A stretch of 63,935 bases of DNA, counting the filler, from an uncultured bacterium (GTDB taxonomy: Bacteria > Hinthialibacterota > Hinthialibacteria > Hinthialibacterales > Hinthialibacteraceae): NCBI GenBank assembly GCA_964449065.1. It is 3 parts of 3 records of this genome, joined end to end, with 100 filler letters (N's around TTAATTAATTAA, not from the genome) between each part and the next. Parts side by side here need not be neighbours in the genome. Positions count along the whole stretch, not along the records: positions 1 to 22,274 come from CAYVAZ010000040.1; 2 more parts are not named here. The stretch is one strand, 5' to 3'. Position 1 is the stretch's first letter. The number at the start of each line of letters is the position of its first letter. A program made the translations under genes and the position numbers. The notes under the pieces are model-generated. The model searched no databases and was not told the DNA's origin. It worked only from the letters and a program-made list of their open reading frames with translations. Positions 1 through 10,696 of this stretch are shown here, in pieces.

Positions 1-361
1 GCCGAAGCAACTCACAAGGAACATAGCGTTGGCAAATGCATTACTAAATTTTTTTGGGTCAACCTTAGCTGGATGGGGAGGGCTTATGGAGACAATGCCC
101 TCTACGGACACGATTGCGTCATAGGAAGCAATCGCTCTCATCGCCCTCATCTCTTATCTTCTCCCAAAGGAAGAAGACGATAGACCTTGCGTTTGACTGA
201 TAGCAAGCAGCAATAAGAGTGTTGGTGAAAATCGAATGAGCAGAGATGATCATGGTGGGCTACACTTCGCTTTGATCCCTACAGTTTCACCCTACAGTTT
301 CATTATCTCGTATGTTTGCGTGAAAGATCACTCCCTTTTTATATGCAGCTTGGTATGGAAC

Positions 362-2179
362 CTACTCTTCTACCCGATACTGATGTTCCTGCACACTGTT
401 TAAATTCCCCACCGGGGCATACCGTAAGGTCCAATCGCCGGGCGGCAATTGAATATGCAATTGCAGATTTTGCATCACGGGATTTTCCGCACTGGGCTGC
501 CCTTCAATCGTGTAATAGTGAACCATTTCATTTCTCTCAACTGGTTCATCCGCCAATTCCCCATACCAATAACAAGTCCAGCGGGCATTTACCGGAACAG
601 TATTGGGTTGATTGGCACTCGAAAATTGAATGGGACACCCAATCTCTTGCACATAAAATAAAGAACTGGAAAACGGAATCGCATCCAAAAAATGAAACCG
701 GTAGGCATGAAACAACCCCGGCTGTTCTGTGGTTCGAAACAAACAACCATGAGTCGGCAGCCAATACGGAGAGTAATACTCGAATAGATCACTGCTGTTA
801 AAGTGATTGTCCAACCCCGCGCCCTGTATCGAAGGGGATTGTTCTCCATCGACGTAATAGTACGGATCTCCGGTTAAGATGAAATTAACCGGCTCCAGCG
901 GAACATCGGAATTGGCCGTGAGATGAAATCCCACAAAATTCCCTTTCCCTTCAAATTCAAACAAGGAATAGAGCAGTCCCATGGCGAATTTTCGAAGATC
1001 TTGCCGCGCGTAAAAATACAAGGAATCTTCCGGAATCGGGGTAAAATCCACTTTTCGCGCGAAACGAACCCCCACGGATTTTTGGCTTGTGTTCTCGATC
1101 ATAATTTGTCCCCGTTTTTGAAACGGCATATAAAACTGGCAGTAAAAAAATCCGGTCGGAAAACTATCGGTTTGGGGGAAGTAGCCCATGGGTATGCTGT
1201 TCCAATTTTGTGCCGTTCGAATATTGTTGATGAAGAAATCTTTTAACGGAATATTCACGGCCGGTTCATCCATATCGTCCCAATACATTTTCAAACGCAT
1301 CGCCGAAAGTGTTTCATCATCCATATCATTTAACGCGATGGCGAAAAAGGAATACGCTGCCGGACCGCTCTCGTTGGCAACCAGTTTGGATTCACCCGGT
1401 TGAACTTCAAATTTGGAAAACGCGTTGATGATCGTATTTTGAAAACGTCCCACGGCATTTTGTTCAATGAATGTATCGTATTCTTTCAAAGCGGTGCGGA
1501 TACGGTTATTGAGTTTGCCGTTGAATGTCTCCAGAGCAGCGTCGGAAGGCAATTTGAGCAGATCGAATTCATACCGCAGGTTTTCAGGATTCGCGTCCGT
1601 CATGATAGTGCAATGTTCTTCAAACGGCATGGGAAAATACGTCACCCATCCATTGCCGTTTCGGGGAGGATCGAATGTGGTAAATACTTTAAAGAATTCA
1701 TGCTGCATTTCGTACAATTCTTTAAAGGTCACCTCTACCGTGGGTTCGGCTTGATGATCAAAATAAATCCGAACCCGCCCTTCTAAATCATTGTTGAAAA
1801 ACATCCGCGTCAGCACTCCCGGCCCTTTTTCATCGCTAAGAACCAACCAATTCACCCCATCTTCCGTATATTGATCCTTGTAGACCCCCGCATCCACCGG
1901 TCCATTATCCGGATGGTGACTGCTTTGGGTAACGAGACGGTGTCCCGGATGATGGCGTGCCAACCGTTTTAAATTCATCATTTGCCGGATGAAATAAGCG
2001 GTATCTTTCACCTGCACAGTGGCAGCGCTGTCATCCGCTTGCGGTTGGCCGGCCGTGGGGGTGGATTTTACCGCGCTTTTCGGCGGGGGGGGGGGGCCGC
2101 AAGAAACCAGCACAAAAGGAACCAGTAAACAGATCAAAAGAATGTTGGAGAGAAAAAGCCGGGAATGTTTATTCGGCAT
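362..2179 (-). CDS. DUF2961 / GH172-like lipoprotein
   Basis: Motifs [67 protein letters not shown]; lipobox LVSC and Pro-rich linker. Start moved to ATG 2179, which overlaps the queC stop. Confidence 0.75.
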   Translation of the reverse strand: MPNKHSRLFLSNILLICLLVPFVLVSCGPPPPPKSAVKSTPTAGQPQADDSAATVQVKDTAYFIRQMMNLKRLARHHPGHRLVTQSSHHPDNGPVDAGVYKDQYTEDGVNWLVLSDEKGPGVLTRMFFNNDLEGRVRIYFDHQAEPTVEVTFKELYEMQHEFFKVFTTFDPPRNGNGWVTYFPMPFEEHCTIMTDANPENLRYEFDLLKLPSDAALETFNGKLNNRIRTALKEYDTFIEQNAVGRFQNTIINAFSKFEVQPGESKLVANESGPAAYSFFAIALNDMDDETLSAMRLKMYWDDMDEPAVNIPLKDFFINNIRTAQNWNSIPMGYFPQTDSFPTGFFYCQFYMPFQKRGQIMIENTSQKSVGVRFARKVDFTPIPEDSLYFYARQDLRKFAMGLLYSLFEFEGKGNFVGFHLTANSDVPLEPVNFILTGDPYYYVDGEQSPSIQGAGLDNHFNSSDLFEYYSPYWLPTHGCLFRTTEQPGLFHAYRFHFLDAIPFSSSLFYVQEIGCPIQFSSANQPNTVPVNARWTCYWYGELADEPVERNEMVHYYTIEGQPSAENPVMQNLQLHIQLPPGDWTLRYAPVGNLNSVQEHQYRVEE

Positions 2180-2855
2180 AACGGGTCGGATCGGGTATTT
2201 GCGCTTCATAAAATCCTTTCTTTCGCAACAGGCAGCTGTCGCATAAACCGCATGACAAGCCTTCGGCAGTTGGGTCATAACAACTGTGCGTTAAAGAATA
2301 GTCAACTCCCAAGGCGCTGCCTCGTTGTATAATTTCGGCTTTGGTTAAGTCAATCAACGGCGTTTCTATTCGTATGGGATTTCCCTCAACACCGGTTTTC
2401 GTTCCGGCCGCGATCATTTTTTGATATGCTTCTATAAACGAAGGACGGCAGTCAGGGTAACCGCTATAATCCAACGCATTCACACCAATCCAAAGAGCTT
2501 CACTCCCGGTTACCTCCGCCATGGCGGCCCCGTAAGATAAGAAAATTATGTTGCGGGCGGGCACGTATGTAACGGGAATTCCCGTCGGCATCGCTTCTAC
2601 ACTTTGATGTTTCGGAACATCAACGGCGTCGGTTAAGGCGGAACCGCCGAAAATCCGTAAATCTATCCTCGCGGTTCTGTGATCCCGCACTCCAAAGTGT
2701 TGGGCTATGGATTGCGCCGCTTCCAACTCAATGGCGTGGCGCTGACCGTAATCAAAGCTAAGCGCGGAACATGTATAGCCCTGTTTTAGGGCAATCGCCA
2801 ATGCCGTTGCGGAATCAATGCCGCCGCTTAATAAGACAACCGCTTTTTTGCTCAT
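2169..2855 (-). CDS. queC: 7-cyano-7-deazaguanine synthase
   Basis: SGGIDS PP-loop, [26 protein letters not shown]...CGLCDSC zinc site. Confidence 0.97.
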   Translation of the reverse strand: MSKKAVVLLSGGIDSATALAIALKQGYTCSALSFDYGQRHAIELEAAQSIAQHFGVRDHRTARIDLRIFGGSALTDAVDVPKHQSVEAMPTGIPVTYVPARNIIFLSYGAAMAEVTGSEALWIGVNALDYSGYPDCRPSFIEAYQKMIAAGTKTGVEGNPIRIETPLIDLTKAEIIQRGSALGVDYSLTHSCYDPTAEGLSCGLCDSCLLRKKGFYEAQIPDPTRYAE

Positions 2856-2879
2856 AGATGGTTCACTTGTTTTCTTTAG

Positions 2880-3053
2880 TTATAGATTCACCCCAAGTTT
2901 TTTCAAGCCGAAGAGAAATCCGGTTATTGAATATCGTATGCCCAATGCCGATGCGTTTTGGACATCTCGCGCGATTTGTGTGATAAAAGTGGATGCCACG
3001 TGCCGCGCAAACCCATTTGCGTTTTCATGCTTCATTTTTTCATTCCATGACAT
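2880..3053 (-). CDS. possible 57-aa small protein
   Basis: ORF MSWNEKMK...LGVNL fills the queE-queC gap; no recognisable motif. Confidence 0.25.
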   Translation of the reverse strand: MSWNEKMKHENANGFARHVASTFITQIARDVQNASALGIRYSITGFLFGLKKLGVNL

Positions 3054-3057
3054 TGTC

Positions 3058-3699
3058 TTATACCCCCCGTGCCGAAGGAGACCAAATATATTTATGCTGC
3101 TGCAACTGCAAGCGTACTGGAATATTATCCGCCAGAATCCAATTCGCCAAATCCACGTTTGCCACGGCATCAAAACAGGGTGAAAAATGTACCACATGGC
3201 GGTCCGGCAACCGGTGTTCCCGGCAAACGTTGACGCTCCACTCAAAATCCGGGCGACTACAAATGACAAATTTGATTTCATCGTGCGGGTTTAAAAAGCG
3301 CAGGTTGTCCCAATTATACTTACGCAACATGCGGCTGCCCGGCGTTTTGATATCCAAAATCTTGACCACCTCTTTTGGCAAAGGTTGAACGGAAACGTGT
3401 CCACCGGTCTCGATTAATACCTTTGCTCCCAAATCCAGCAGCATCCGGCACAGTTGAGGGGTGTCTTCCTGCTCCATCGGATCGCCGCCGGTAATCTCGA
3501 CCAAGTCGGTGCCCAATTGCTTGACGGATTCGGCAATCCGCTCCAGCGTCATCTTTTGCCCGGAATCATACGGCAGCGCGTAGCCGGTATCGCAATACAC
3601 ACAGCGCAGAGAACACCCGGCTGTGCGAACAAATGTACAGGGATACCCTGCATAAGACGATTCGCCCTGAATGCTTCTATAGATTTCAAAAATACGCAT
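3058..3699 (-). CDS. queE: 7-carboxy-7-deazaguanine synthase (radical SAM)
   Basis: EIYRSIQGE, CSLRCVYCDT (CxxxCxxC), ITGGDPM, IETGG, QLQQHKYIW; start at MRIFEI. Confidence 0.95.
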   Translation of the reverse strand: MRIFEIYRSIQGESSYAGYPCTFVRTAGCSLRCVYCDTGYALPYDSGQKMTLERIAESVKQLGTDLVEITGGDPMEQEDTPQLCRMLLDLGAKVLIETGGHVSVQPLPKEVVKILDIKTPGSRMLRKYNWDNLRFLNPHDEIKFVICSRPDFEWSVNVCREHRLPDRHVVHFSPCFDAVANVDLANWILADNIPVRLQLQQHKYIWSPSARGV

Positions 3700-3769
3700 A
3701 GCCTTCGCCTTCAAAAGAGTCAGATTGTGTTCAGTATAAGCGTTGATCAAAAAAACGAAATGCGGTTTC

Positions 3770-3872
3770 ATACCAAATTTAAATGGGATTGTTTAAAACG
3801 AAAACCGCGAAGTCATTCTTTCGCTGAGGTGTATTGCCGCGCTTACCCTACAATCCAAAATGGGAACGGTAT
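3770..3872. mobile_element. 103-bp MITE-like element, ATACC...GGTAT ends (copy 1)
   Basis: Same length and internal motifs (GGATTGT, GAAAACCGC, TCTTTCG, GCCGCG, ACAATCCAA) as 27530-27632 and 35663-35765; imperfect terminal inverted repeats. Confidence 0.8.
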
Positions 3873-3986
3873 AATTGTTCATGATTCATTTATCCTGGCA
3901 GACAATGCAGAGATATTCCGGGCTTGTGGGGATTCTTTTCTGCCGTAGGCTTATAAAATAAAGACAGAGAGAACGTGGAGAAATAA

Positions 3987-4232
3987 ATGAGTTTTATTAT
4001 TGAATGCATCCAATTGGCTTTAATCGTGGGCATTGGTGTCGCCTTCTTCAATATGTCCACCATGGCCGAAAAATCCATGAAACACGAAAACACGCACAAC
4101 GACATCACAAAAATCATTCAACACATGAGTGATCAAGTTCAAAAAATCAAGAAGCGGGTGGAATCAACGCAGGAACGCTTTGACAATTTAGACGCCCGCC
4201 TCGAAGTTATCGATCCCGGCGGCGGAGAATAA
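3987..4232 (+). CDS. small membrane-anchored coiled-coil protein
   Basis: GGAG RBS, N-terminal hydrophobic helix, heptad-like C-terminal half. Confidence 0.7.
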   Translation: MSFIIECIQLALIVGIGVAFFNMSTMAEKSMKHENTHNDITKIIQHMSDQVQKIKKRVESTQERFDNLDARLEVIDPGGGE

Positions 4233-4262
4233 TCCGGAGCAAAACCCGCTTTCGTATGTCCT

Positions 4263-5549
4263 TTATTTCTTTAAACTGTAGCAAAGCAGCTTTTCGTCGT
4301 TCCGCACAAATATATGTCCATACGCAAACGCCGGGTGCATCCAATTCACTTTTCCCGGCCGAAAGTTTCGTTCGCTGGTCGGTTCGATCAGTTTAGCCCG
4401 GTCAATTTCCGTAAATCCTTCCGGCGATAGTTTTCCGATGATTAACTCGCCCGCCTCATTATACAGAAACCAGCGATCTTGGTGTTTGATAAAAAAGACG
4501 GTGCCCCAACGGGTGTTATCCACTGCTGTCAAATCTTCCCAGATGCGGTTGCCGGTCAATTTCTCCAAACAACGCAATTCACCATAGCTGTCAACACCAT
4601 AAATATAGTCTCCATCAATCACGGGCGTACTGATAATGGAATGCAGCGCATCTGTCTTCTTTTCATTGCGGCCGCTGCGCGCCCATACTTCTTCGATTCC
4701 CATCGTCTCATGATTCACCTTCAGCAGCCAAGCCCCGTCGTAGAAGGAACTAAAGAACAGATGTTCTCCGTCATAGACCGGAGTTGCGATGTTAATCACC
4801 ATCTTTTTCGGTTTGAACGGATGCGACCAATACACTTTGCCGTTCGAGGGATTTAGTCCTGAAAAACTGTCTCCCGTCCAACACACCAACACCGGTTTGC
4901 CGCCTTGCTCAATAATGATGGGAGAAGAATAGGAAGTTTTCTCATTCAATGCAGTCCATACTTCACCGCCGGTATTGCTATCCAACGCCACCAAACACGC
5001 ACCGTTCAGCCCGCCAATCTGATAGATAACTTTGCCTTCATAAACCAAGGGAGAAGCGGAAATACCCCAAATAGGCACTTGGGCGTCATATTCTTTCTGA
5101 AAATCCTTTTCCCAAATCACATCGCCGGATTTTGCATCCAAACAAACCGCATAGCCCATTGCGCCCAACGAAAAGGCTTTCCCATCCATAACCGTCACCG
5201 ATGAGCGCGGCCCCAGGGCAAAATCGATTTGGTAGGCAACGGGATACGAATAGTCCCATAGTTTTTTGCCGGTTTCCCACTCAAAGCACAGCACGCGCTC
5301 TTTTTCATCCGGTTCGGTCAGTTTGTCCATCAAATACACACGGCCATCCGCTACTGTCGGACCGCTGTAGCCGCCTTGAACGGGAGCGCTCCATTTTGGC
5401 GATAGTGGTTTTTCGGGGAAAGAATCAACGATTCCGGTTTCGTGCCAAACGGCATCACGGTTTTTCCCCCGCCATTGCGGCCAGTCATCGCTAGACCCAA
5501 TTGGGGCCGTTAAAATGAGAAATGCAAAGAGTAAACAAACCTGTTTCAT
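4263..5549 (-). CDS. PQQ-binding-like beta-propeller protein (PVC-type)
   Basis: Signal peptide, DWPQWRGKNRD, YSGPTV, repeated CLD..G...W blades, WMHPAFAYGHIFVRN. Confidence 0.9.
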   Translation of the reverse strand: MKQVCLLFAFLILTAPIGSSDDWPQWRGKNRDAVWHETGIVDSFPEKPLSPKWSAPVQGGYSGPTVADGRVYLMDKLTEPDEKERVLCFEWETGKKLWDYSYPVAYQIDFALGPRSSVTVMDGKAFSLGAMGYAVCLDAKSGDVIWEKDFQKEYDAQVPIWGISASPLVYEGKVIYQIGGLNGACLVALDSNTGGEVWTALNEKTSYSSPIIIEQGGKPVLVCWTGDSFSGLNPSNGKVYWSHPFKPKKMVINIATPVYDGEHLFFSSFYDGAWLLKVNHETMGIEEVWARSGRNEKKTDALHSIISTPVIDGDYIYGVDSYGELRCLEKLTGNRIWEDLTAVDNTRWGTVFFIKHQDRWFLYNEAGELIIGKLSPEGFTEIDRAKLIEPTSERNFRPGKVNWMHPAFAYGHIFVRNDEKLLCYSLKK

Positions 5550-5635
5550 CTGAGTTCCCGCTCCATTATGCGTTTGGTTGTGAAGATATTAACAACATAG
5601 TATTGTACCAGAGAATTTCCAGTGAACCGTATTAA

Positions 5636-5671
5636 AAAAGACCGGAAGAGAAAACGCCACTCCGGTCTTTT
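5636..5671 (-). terminator. intrinsic terminator hairpin
   Basis: AAAAGACCGGA...TCCGGTCTTTT downstream of the 5728-6459 gene; adjacent short tandem (CTTTACGCATA)x~3 to about 5702. Confidence 0.7.
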
Positions 5672-5727
5672 CGCATAACTTTACGCATATCTTTACGCAT
5701 ACGCTTTTGCTGTTGCTTTATTTCTGC

Positions 5728-6459
5728 TTAGCTGACGGGTTCCACGTTGAAATTTTGCAGATAAAGCCAGTTGTTGTTCATGTCATTTTCGGCGCGGAAG
5801 CGTACAATCATCATCAATGTGGCGCCTTCTTCTTCGCCTTCCGCAACGGTGTGCTCGATTTCTATGGTATGGAATTGTCCATCTCCAATGGTTTCCGGTG
5901 GGGAGTATTTCGTGGTTTCCACTGGTTGTTCCGGATAGTCTTCGATTTTTTGAATCGGACGGCGGCTGGTTTGATCGCCATCCAATACATCATATTGGAT
6001 GTAGTTAAAGGTTTTCATATTTTGTCTGCTCATAAAATCATCTTCATCCGCGTTTTCTTGCAGACCGGGGCGTTCGCTGTCAAAGCGGTAATCCAACGTG
6101 ATTTTATACGTTTTACCGGCTTCCATTTCTGGGATGTGTTTTGCGATGAACAAATCACGAACCCGGTTGTCCGCGACATTGGCGTTGGCGCGCAGGGTCT
6201 GTTTGCCATCCATTTCACCTTCTTTAAAATCAAATTCGGATTTGGACCCCACCCAGATGGTTTTGTTGGTATACCAATCGTCCCAGGTTCCCATGCCGGA
6301 TGCCAGTTCCCCGCCTCCGGTTTCTTCCGCGGGAACGGCTGTGGGTGCCGGTTCACTGCCGCTATCGGTCGTGGTTGGGGTGTCTGTTCCCCCGCCGCAC
6401 TGATAAAACGAAACACCAACCGCGGCGAGCAATGCGAGTAATGACAACTTTGTTTTCAT
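5728..6459 (-). CDS. acidic putative lipoprotein, unknown function
   Basis: GAGGT RBS before MKTKLSLL; hydrophobic signal ending FYQC; Thr/Pro linker then a beta-rich domain. Confidence 0.75.
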   Translation of the reverse strand: MKTKLSLLALLAAVGVSFYQCGGGTDTPTTTDSGSEPAPTAVPAEETGGGELASGMGTWDDWYTNKTIWVGSKSEFDFKEGEMDGKQTLRANANVADNRVRDLFIAKHIPEMEAGKTYKITLDYRFDSERPGLQENADEDDFMSRQNMKTFNYIQYDVLDGDQTSRRPIQKIEDYPEQPVETTKYSPPETIGDGQFHTIEIEHTVAEGEEEGATLMMIVRFRAENDMNNNWLYLQNFNVEPVS

Positions 6460-6498
6460 AATCCTTACCTCTTTTTTTGGAGTGGTTTTCATAAGATT

Positions 6499-6585
6499 CG
6501 GAGGGGGTGGGATTCGAACCCACGGTACAATTGCTTGTACGACGGATTAGCAATCCGCTCCCTTCGGCCTCTCGGGCACCCCTCC
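6499..6585 (-). tRNA. tRNA-Ser(GCT)
   Basis: GGAGGGG acceptor, anticodon arm GCGGA-TT-GCT-AA-TCCGT, long variable arm, GGTTCGAATCC; CCA not encoded. Confidence 0.96.
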
Positions 6586-6835
6586 AAAATAATTTTTAAA
6601 TTTTGCATGAAGAATGAGGAATCATATCCTAACCACGCATTCTTCATTATATTCTACGTAAATTTCCTTTACCCTATTTCAAAATTTGCTGGATGAAAAG
6701 ATCGTCGAGATGAAACGTTCAGCTAATTTTTTAACCGCTTATCCTTTATCATTCCGTTTTTCCCGTGCTACTTCAAGGTCTTTATACTGGTACTGAACGA
6801 TGCCCGGACACGTAATCGAAAGGACATTGTCCTTG

Positions 6836-6868
6836 TCCCCCCTTTATAGAAGGGGCTAGGGGGGATCA
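6836..6868. repeat. REP-like palindrome (CCCCC..AGGGG type)
   Basis: Reverse-oriented relative of GATCCCCCTA.CCCCCTT..AAGGGGG seen near 27350, 37398, 44521 and 59863. Confidence 0.7.
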
Positions 6869-6997
6869 AACAACCCCAAAAACCGGCGCTTTCAAAAATC
6901 CTATCCTTATTCTAAGCGAATTTCCCGCCGCAAGATGGTGAAATATAGAAAAAATGTCGACGGCTCATTCAGCATTCATCATTCTGAATTTAGAAAA

Positions 6998-7086
6998 CGG
7001 TGGGGGTGGGATTCGAACCCACGGAACGCTTGCACGCTCGCCGGTTTTCAAGACCGGTGCCTTCAACCGGACTCGGCCACCCCACC
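6998..7086 (-). tRNA. tRNA-Ser(TGA)
   Basis: GGTGGGG acceptor, CCGGT-CT-TGA-AA-ACCGG, long variable arm, GGTTCGAATCC. Confidence 0.96.
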
Positions 7087-7261
7087 ATCTAGTATTATTC
7101 TTGTAAATCCCCATTAGGCAAGGGATGAAATTATTGAAATGAGGCGCGAAATGGAATAAAATAAGTTTTCAGAAGGCAAGGTAGCCGCCATGCAAGAAGA
7201 ACCGTTCGCTTCAACGAAAAAAATGTTAAAAATAATCAACAAAAGGGGTGAATAGGTAATC

Positions 7262-7846
7262 ATGCCTCTAATTAACCCACAACCAAAATATACCTACCAC
7301 GATTATCTCACTTGGGATGACGACGAACGCTGGGAAATCATCGGCGGCGAACTCTACAATATGTCTCCCGCCCCGGCTTTCAATCACCAAGTTGTAGCCG
7401 GTAATATTCATGCCTTCCTCAAGATCGCGTTAAAGGGAAAAAAATGCATTCCGGTTATTTCTCCCGTGGATGTAATTTTATCGGAAACGGATGTGGTTCA
7501 ACCGGATGTTTTGATCGTTTGTGACCGAACAAAGATTTCAAACAAGGGGATACACGGAACACCGGATGTTTTGTTTGAAGTATTAAGTCCTACAACGACC
7601 CGCAAAGACCGTTACACCAAAAAACGCCAATATGAATTTTTTGGTGTCAAAGAATATTTCGTTATCGATATTCCCGCCCAACTGATCGAGCGATTCGTTT
7701 TACAGGAAAACGGCAAATTCGATGAAGGGACAGATTACAGCACGGGTGATAACGTAATCATTCAAACGCTGGATAATATGGAACTCCCCGTGAACGAAAT
7801 CCTAGATATCCCATTACGTGAGGATGAACCCAATGCCTCTAATTAA
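7262..7846 (+). CDS. Uma2 family PD-(D/E)xK endonuclease-fold protein
   Basis: RWEIIGGELYNMSPAP, HQ, VVQPDV, PDVLFEVLSP, KKRQYEFFGVKEY. Confidence 0.92.
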   Translation: MPLINPQPKYTYHDYLTWDDDERWEIIGGELYNMSPAPAFNHQVVAGNIHAFLKIALKGKKCIPVISPVDVILSETDVVQPDVLIVCDRTKISNKGIHGTPDVLFEVLSPTTTRKDRYTKKRQYEFFGVKEYFVIDIPAQLIERFVLQENGKFDEGTDYSTGDNVIIQTLDNMELPVNEILDIPLREDEPNASN

Positions 7847-8416
7847 CCCACAACAGAAATATACCTACCAAGACTATCTCACTTGGGATGATGACGAACG
7901 CTGGGAAATCATCGGCGGCGATCTTTATGATATGTCTCCCGCGCCAAGGCGGTCTCACCAGGATGTGGTTGGCACGGTATTTCGATTGATCGGCAATCAA
8001 TTAGAAGGGGAAAAATGCCGGGCGTATATGGCTCCAACCGATGTTGTTTTAGACGATAGCGATGTAGTACAGCCGGATATCTTCATAGTATGTGATCTCA
8101 AGAAACTGAAAGACCTTTGCATCCAAGGGGCACCGGATGTGATTATTGAAGTTGTCAGTCCTTCCACGGCACGGAAAGACCGCTGGATCAAAAACGCCGG
8201 TACGAAATGTATGGCGTGAAAGAATACATCATCATTGATATCGAGGCGGAATACGCAGAACACTTTATACTGCAAGAAAACGGCGAATTTAATAAGGTGC
8301 AGGAATACAGTAAAGAGAGCGTCTTGAAAATTAAAACCTTGAATGATCTGCAACTGCCCATGAATATCATTTTGGATTATCCCAAATCCGCGGAAGAAAG
8401 AGAGGCCTCCGGTTGA
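7833..8416 (+). pseudogene. second Uma2 paralog, frameshifted at an A-run
   Basis: N-terminus nearly identical to the upstream copy. A5 at 8190-8194 corresponds to A6 in the paralog; the reading frame continues in 8207-8416 (YGVKEY...). Confidence 0.85.
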
Positions 8417-8422
8417 GGATTT

Positions 8423-9061
8423 TCAATCCCGCTTGTTTTCGCCATTTTCCATTTCCGCAGTCTGCCCATCCTTAGATTCCGGCCCTTCAGAATCCTTTGC
8501 TTCCTTCCCCTTTAACTCCTTTGGATCAAACTTGCGCGCGTAGCGGGGGATATTCTGCGAATCAAAATAATTTACATTGCTGAAGACGTACGCATAACTC
8601 TCATCGGCTAAGTGAATCTCAGCCAGCGCTTGATGATAGGGGTCGGTTTCTTCCTGCACATTGCATAAGAAAATGAAACCATCCGGCTTTTGCCGAAACG
8701 GGAAGGACAGTTCAAACACGGTATAGGAATCGTCTTCTTCCACCGAAAACGAGATATCTTTCAACACCATCCGCAGCTGCCGGCCGCCTCCCAATACCTT
8801 GATTTTGTTGGATAAATAGTAATACATCATCGACCAGGCCGATTTCAGTTCTTCTTCCGATAAAAAGTTGTTGCTGTCAACATCGACGGCAAACAATTCC
8901 AACGTGCAAAGCAGCGTAAACTTCATCTGCCAGTGCACTTCACTCTCTTTCACCTCAATTTTCGAAAACGACATGCTGTTTAAATGCGCGGAGGAGGTTT
9001 GAGCGAAAACCAGCGTCAATAATGAAATCACTAGAGAAATAAACATTCGGCGTTTCAACAT
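8423..9061 (-). CDS. secreted protein resembling the periplasmic N-domain of HupE/UreJ-type proteins
   Basis: Signal peptide SSA|H, DVDSNNFLSEEE EF-hand-like loop, no membrane domain. Confidence 0.55.
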   Translation of the reverse strand: MLKRRMFISLVISLLTLVFAQTSSAHLNSMSFSKIEVKESEVHWQMKFTLLCTLELFAVDVDSNNFLSEEELKSAWSMMYYYLSNKIKVLGGGRQLRMVLKDISFSVEEDDSYTVFELSFPFRQKPDGFIFLCNVQEETDPYHQALAEIHLADESYAYVFSNVNYFDSQNIPRYARKFDPKELKGKEAKDSEGPESKDGQTAEMENGENKRD

Positions 9062-9141
9062 GATGTACCCTTCTTTCCTGCGGTGATTTTTCACAAAAAA
9101 AGGCGCAACGCGCGCCCGGTTTCGGTATGGTTTCGTGTTTC

Positions 9142-9429
9142 TTATTCCGTTACTCTGGGGACTTTAAAATATGGACCATCTGTTTCCGGGGCATTGTTTA
9201 ACGCGTCTTCAACCGGGAGCGATGCTCCGATTTCATCCTCACGCATCACGTTAAATACCGGTATCGCGTGCGACATCGGTTCCACATTTTCCACATCCAA
9301 ACTGCTGAGTTTCTCGGCATAATCCAAAATGTGAGAGAGATGTTCTGTATACGTATCAACATCTTTCTCCGGCAATTCCAGCCGGCTTAGATACGCGATA
9401 TGTTTCACCTCGTCATTGCTGATGCTCAT
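9142..9429 (-). CDS. gatC: Asp/Glu-tRNA amidotransferase subunit C
   Basis: EVKHIAYLSRL, LDVENVEPMSH, MREDE, NAPETDGPYFKVPRV. Confidence 0.95.
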   Translation of the reverse strand: MSISNDEVKHIAYLSRLELPEKDVDTYTEHLSHILDYAEKLSSLDVENVEPMSHAIPVFNVMREDEIGASLPVEDALNNAPETDGPYFKVPRVTE

Positions 9430-10112
9430 GCGCTTCCATCCTTTTCCCGGTAATCTTTGGGTGTAATAATCTTCACGCCTTCTTCCCGGCGGGGCTCTTG
9501 CGTGTTATCGTCTTCGCCTTCTTGATTTTGCTTTAACAGTACGGTTTGCGGGCCGGTCAACAGCTTCGGTTCTTTGGAGGCATCTTTGGGAAACAACTTG
9601 TGAATCAGCACCTTCACTTCCGCGACGTTTTGCAGTCCTAATGTAACGTGCAGTTCCCGGTTGACGAGCGATTGAAATTCTTGGATGAACTCGGGGATAT
9701 TGCGCTGCAATTCCAGTACAATCCGGTTGCGAACCACCAATCCGTTTTCTTCTTTTTCCACATGCACTTGCAAATCCCGCACCCCGCGCACGGTTTCCCC
9801 TTTACGTTTCACAAACTCTTCTATCGCGTCAATCGATACCCCGACCGCTCCCGCATCATTGCTGAGCACCACGTGTTCATCCGCGCCGGGGTTTATTCCC
9901 AGCAGCAGTGCCAGCAAAGACAAACTGCACCCCAAACCCAGCAGGCAGAGCGCGGCCAATACCGCTTTGCCCCAAACCGTTAATGCCGCGTTGCTTAGCG
10001 CCGCCCCGGTTAGCAATATTGTTTCGTGATCCCCAATCACCAAAAACCCGCACATAGCGGAGGCACAAAACAACAACAAAAATGACAAAAAGAGTGTGAT
10101 GATACGGGTCAT
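9426..10112 (-). CDS. alkaline shock response membrane anchor AmaP-like protein
   Basis: Two N-terminal TM helices, G.V.VSIDAIEEFV, Asp23-like C-domain; next to an Asp23 gene. Confidence 0.75.
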   Translation of the reverse strand: MTRIITLFLSFLLLFCASAMCGFLVIGDHETILLTGAALSNAALTVWGKAVLAALCLLGLGCSLSLLALLLGINPGADEHVVLSNDAGAVGVSIDAIEEFVKRKGETVRGVRDLQVHVEKEENGLVVRNRIVLELQRNIPEFIQEFQSLVNRELHVTLGLQNVAEVKVLIHKLFPKDASKEPKLLTGPQTVLLKQNQEGEDDNTQEPRREEGVKIITPKDYREKDGSA

Positions 10113-10124
10113 GTAGATCGCTTT

Positions 10125-10529
10125 CTATTGATTGACGGCGTCATCCGGCTGTTCGTCAACTTGATCGATGAGTAAAGGTTGCTGAGCCCCGGTTTTTTCG
10201 TAGACACTTTCCACATTCACTGAGATCGTTTCCGTATGGATTCCCGATTTCAATTGCAGGGTTTTGGCAATATTGCCTTGCAGTTCCCGTGCTTCTTTGA
10301 TAATGCGCGCGCCATACCGCACGGCAAGAATCAGCGTGAGTTCGGCGTTCCCCTCATGAAACACCACCCGAATGCAGCGCTCCACCGTTTTGGCGGGAAC
10401 GGGTTCCGACGGCAGCATACCGTGCAGCAAAAAACTTTTGCTCTTCTGGATTTCCCGCAAAATGATCCCACGCACGATAGCCGGTGAAATTTGCACACGA
10501 CCCAATTCGGTATCAAAGTGTCCTTGCAT
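10125..10529 (-). CDS. Asp23/Gls24 family protein
   Basis: LGRVQISPAIV, VRYGARI...ELQ..I...L, ISVNVESV. Confidence 0.8.
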   Translation of the reverse strand: MQGHFDTELGRVQISPAIVRGIILREIQKSKSFLLHGMLPSEPVPAKTVERCIRVVFHEGNAELTLILAVRYGARIIKEARELQGNIAKTLQLKSGIHTETISVNVESVYEKTGAQQPLLIDQVDEQPDDAVNQ

Positions 10530-10696
10530 TCGTTAAGCACCACCGTTTGCATGATAAACTACACAAAACAAGTATAGACCATTTTTTGAATAATTTAATA
10601 CGGGAGAGGCGGGAAGTTCTTTCCCACTTGTCCAATTCACCGCGCCGCATAAATCCATTTCCTTTGCCGTCGTAATTTTCTGTTACTGTACCCATG

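Noticed and set aside
1..200. Possible 3' end of a gene entering the window
   Set aside because: Open frames are short and unrecognisable.
2169..3699. 7-deazaguanine DNA-modification (dpd) island
   Set aside because: No dpdA/tgt paralog; queD and the helicase are far away on another contig. It fits ordinary queuosine synthesis, and no preQ1 riboswitch was recognised.
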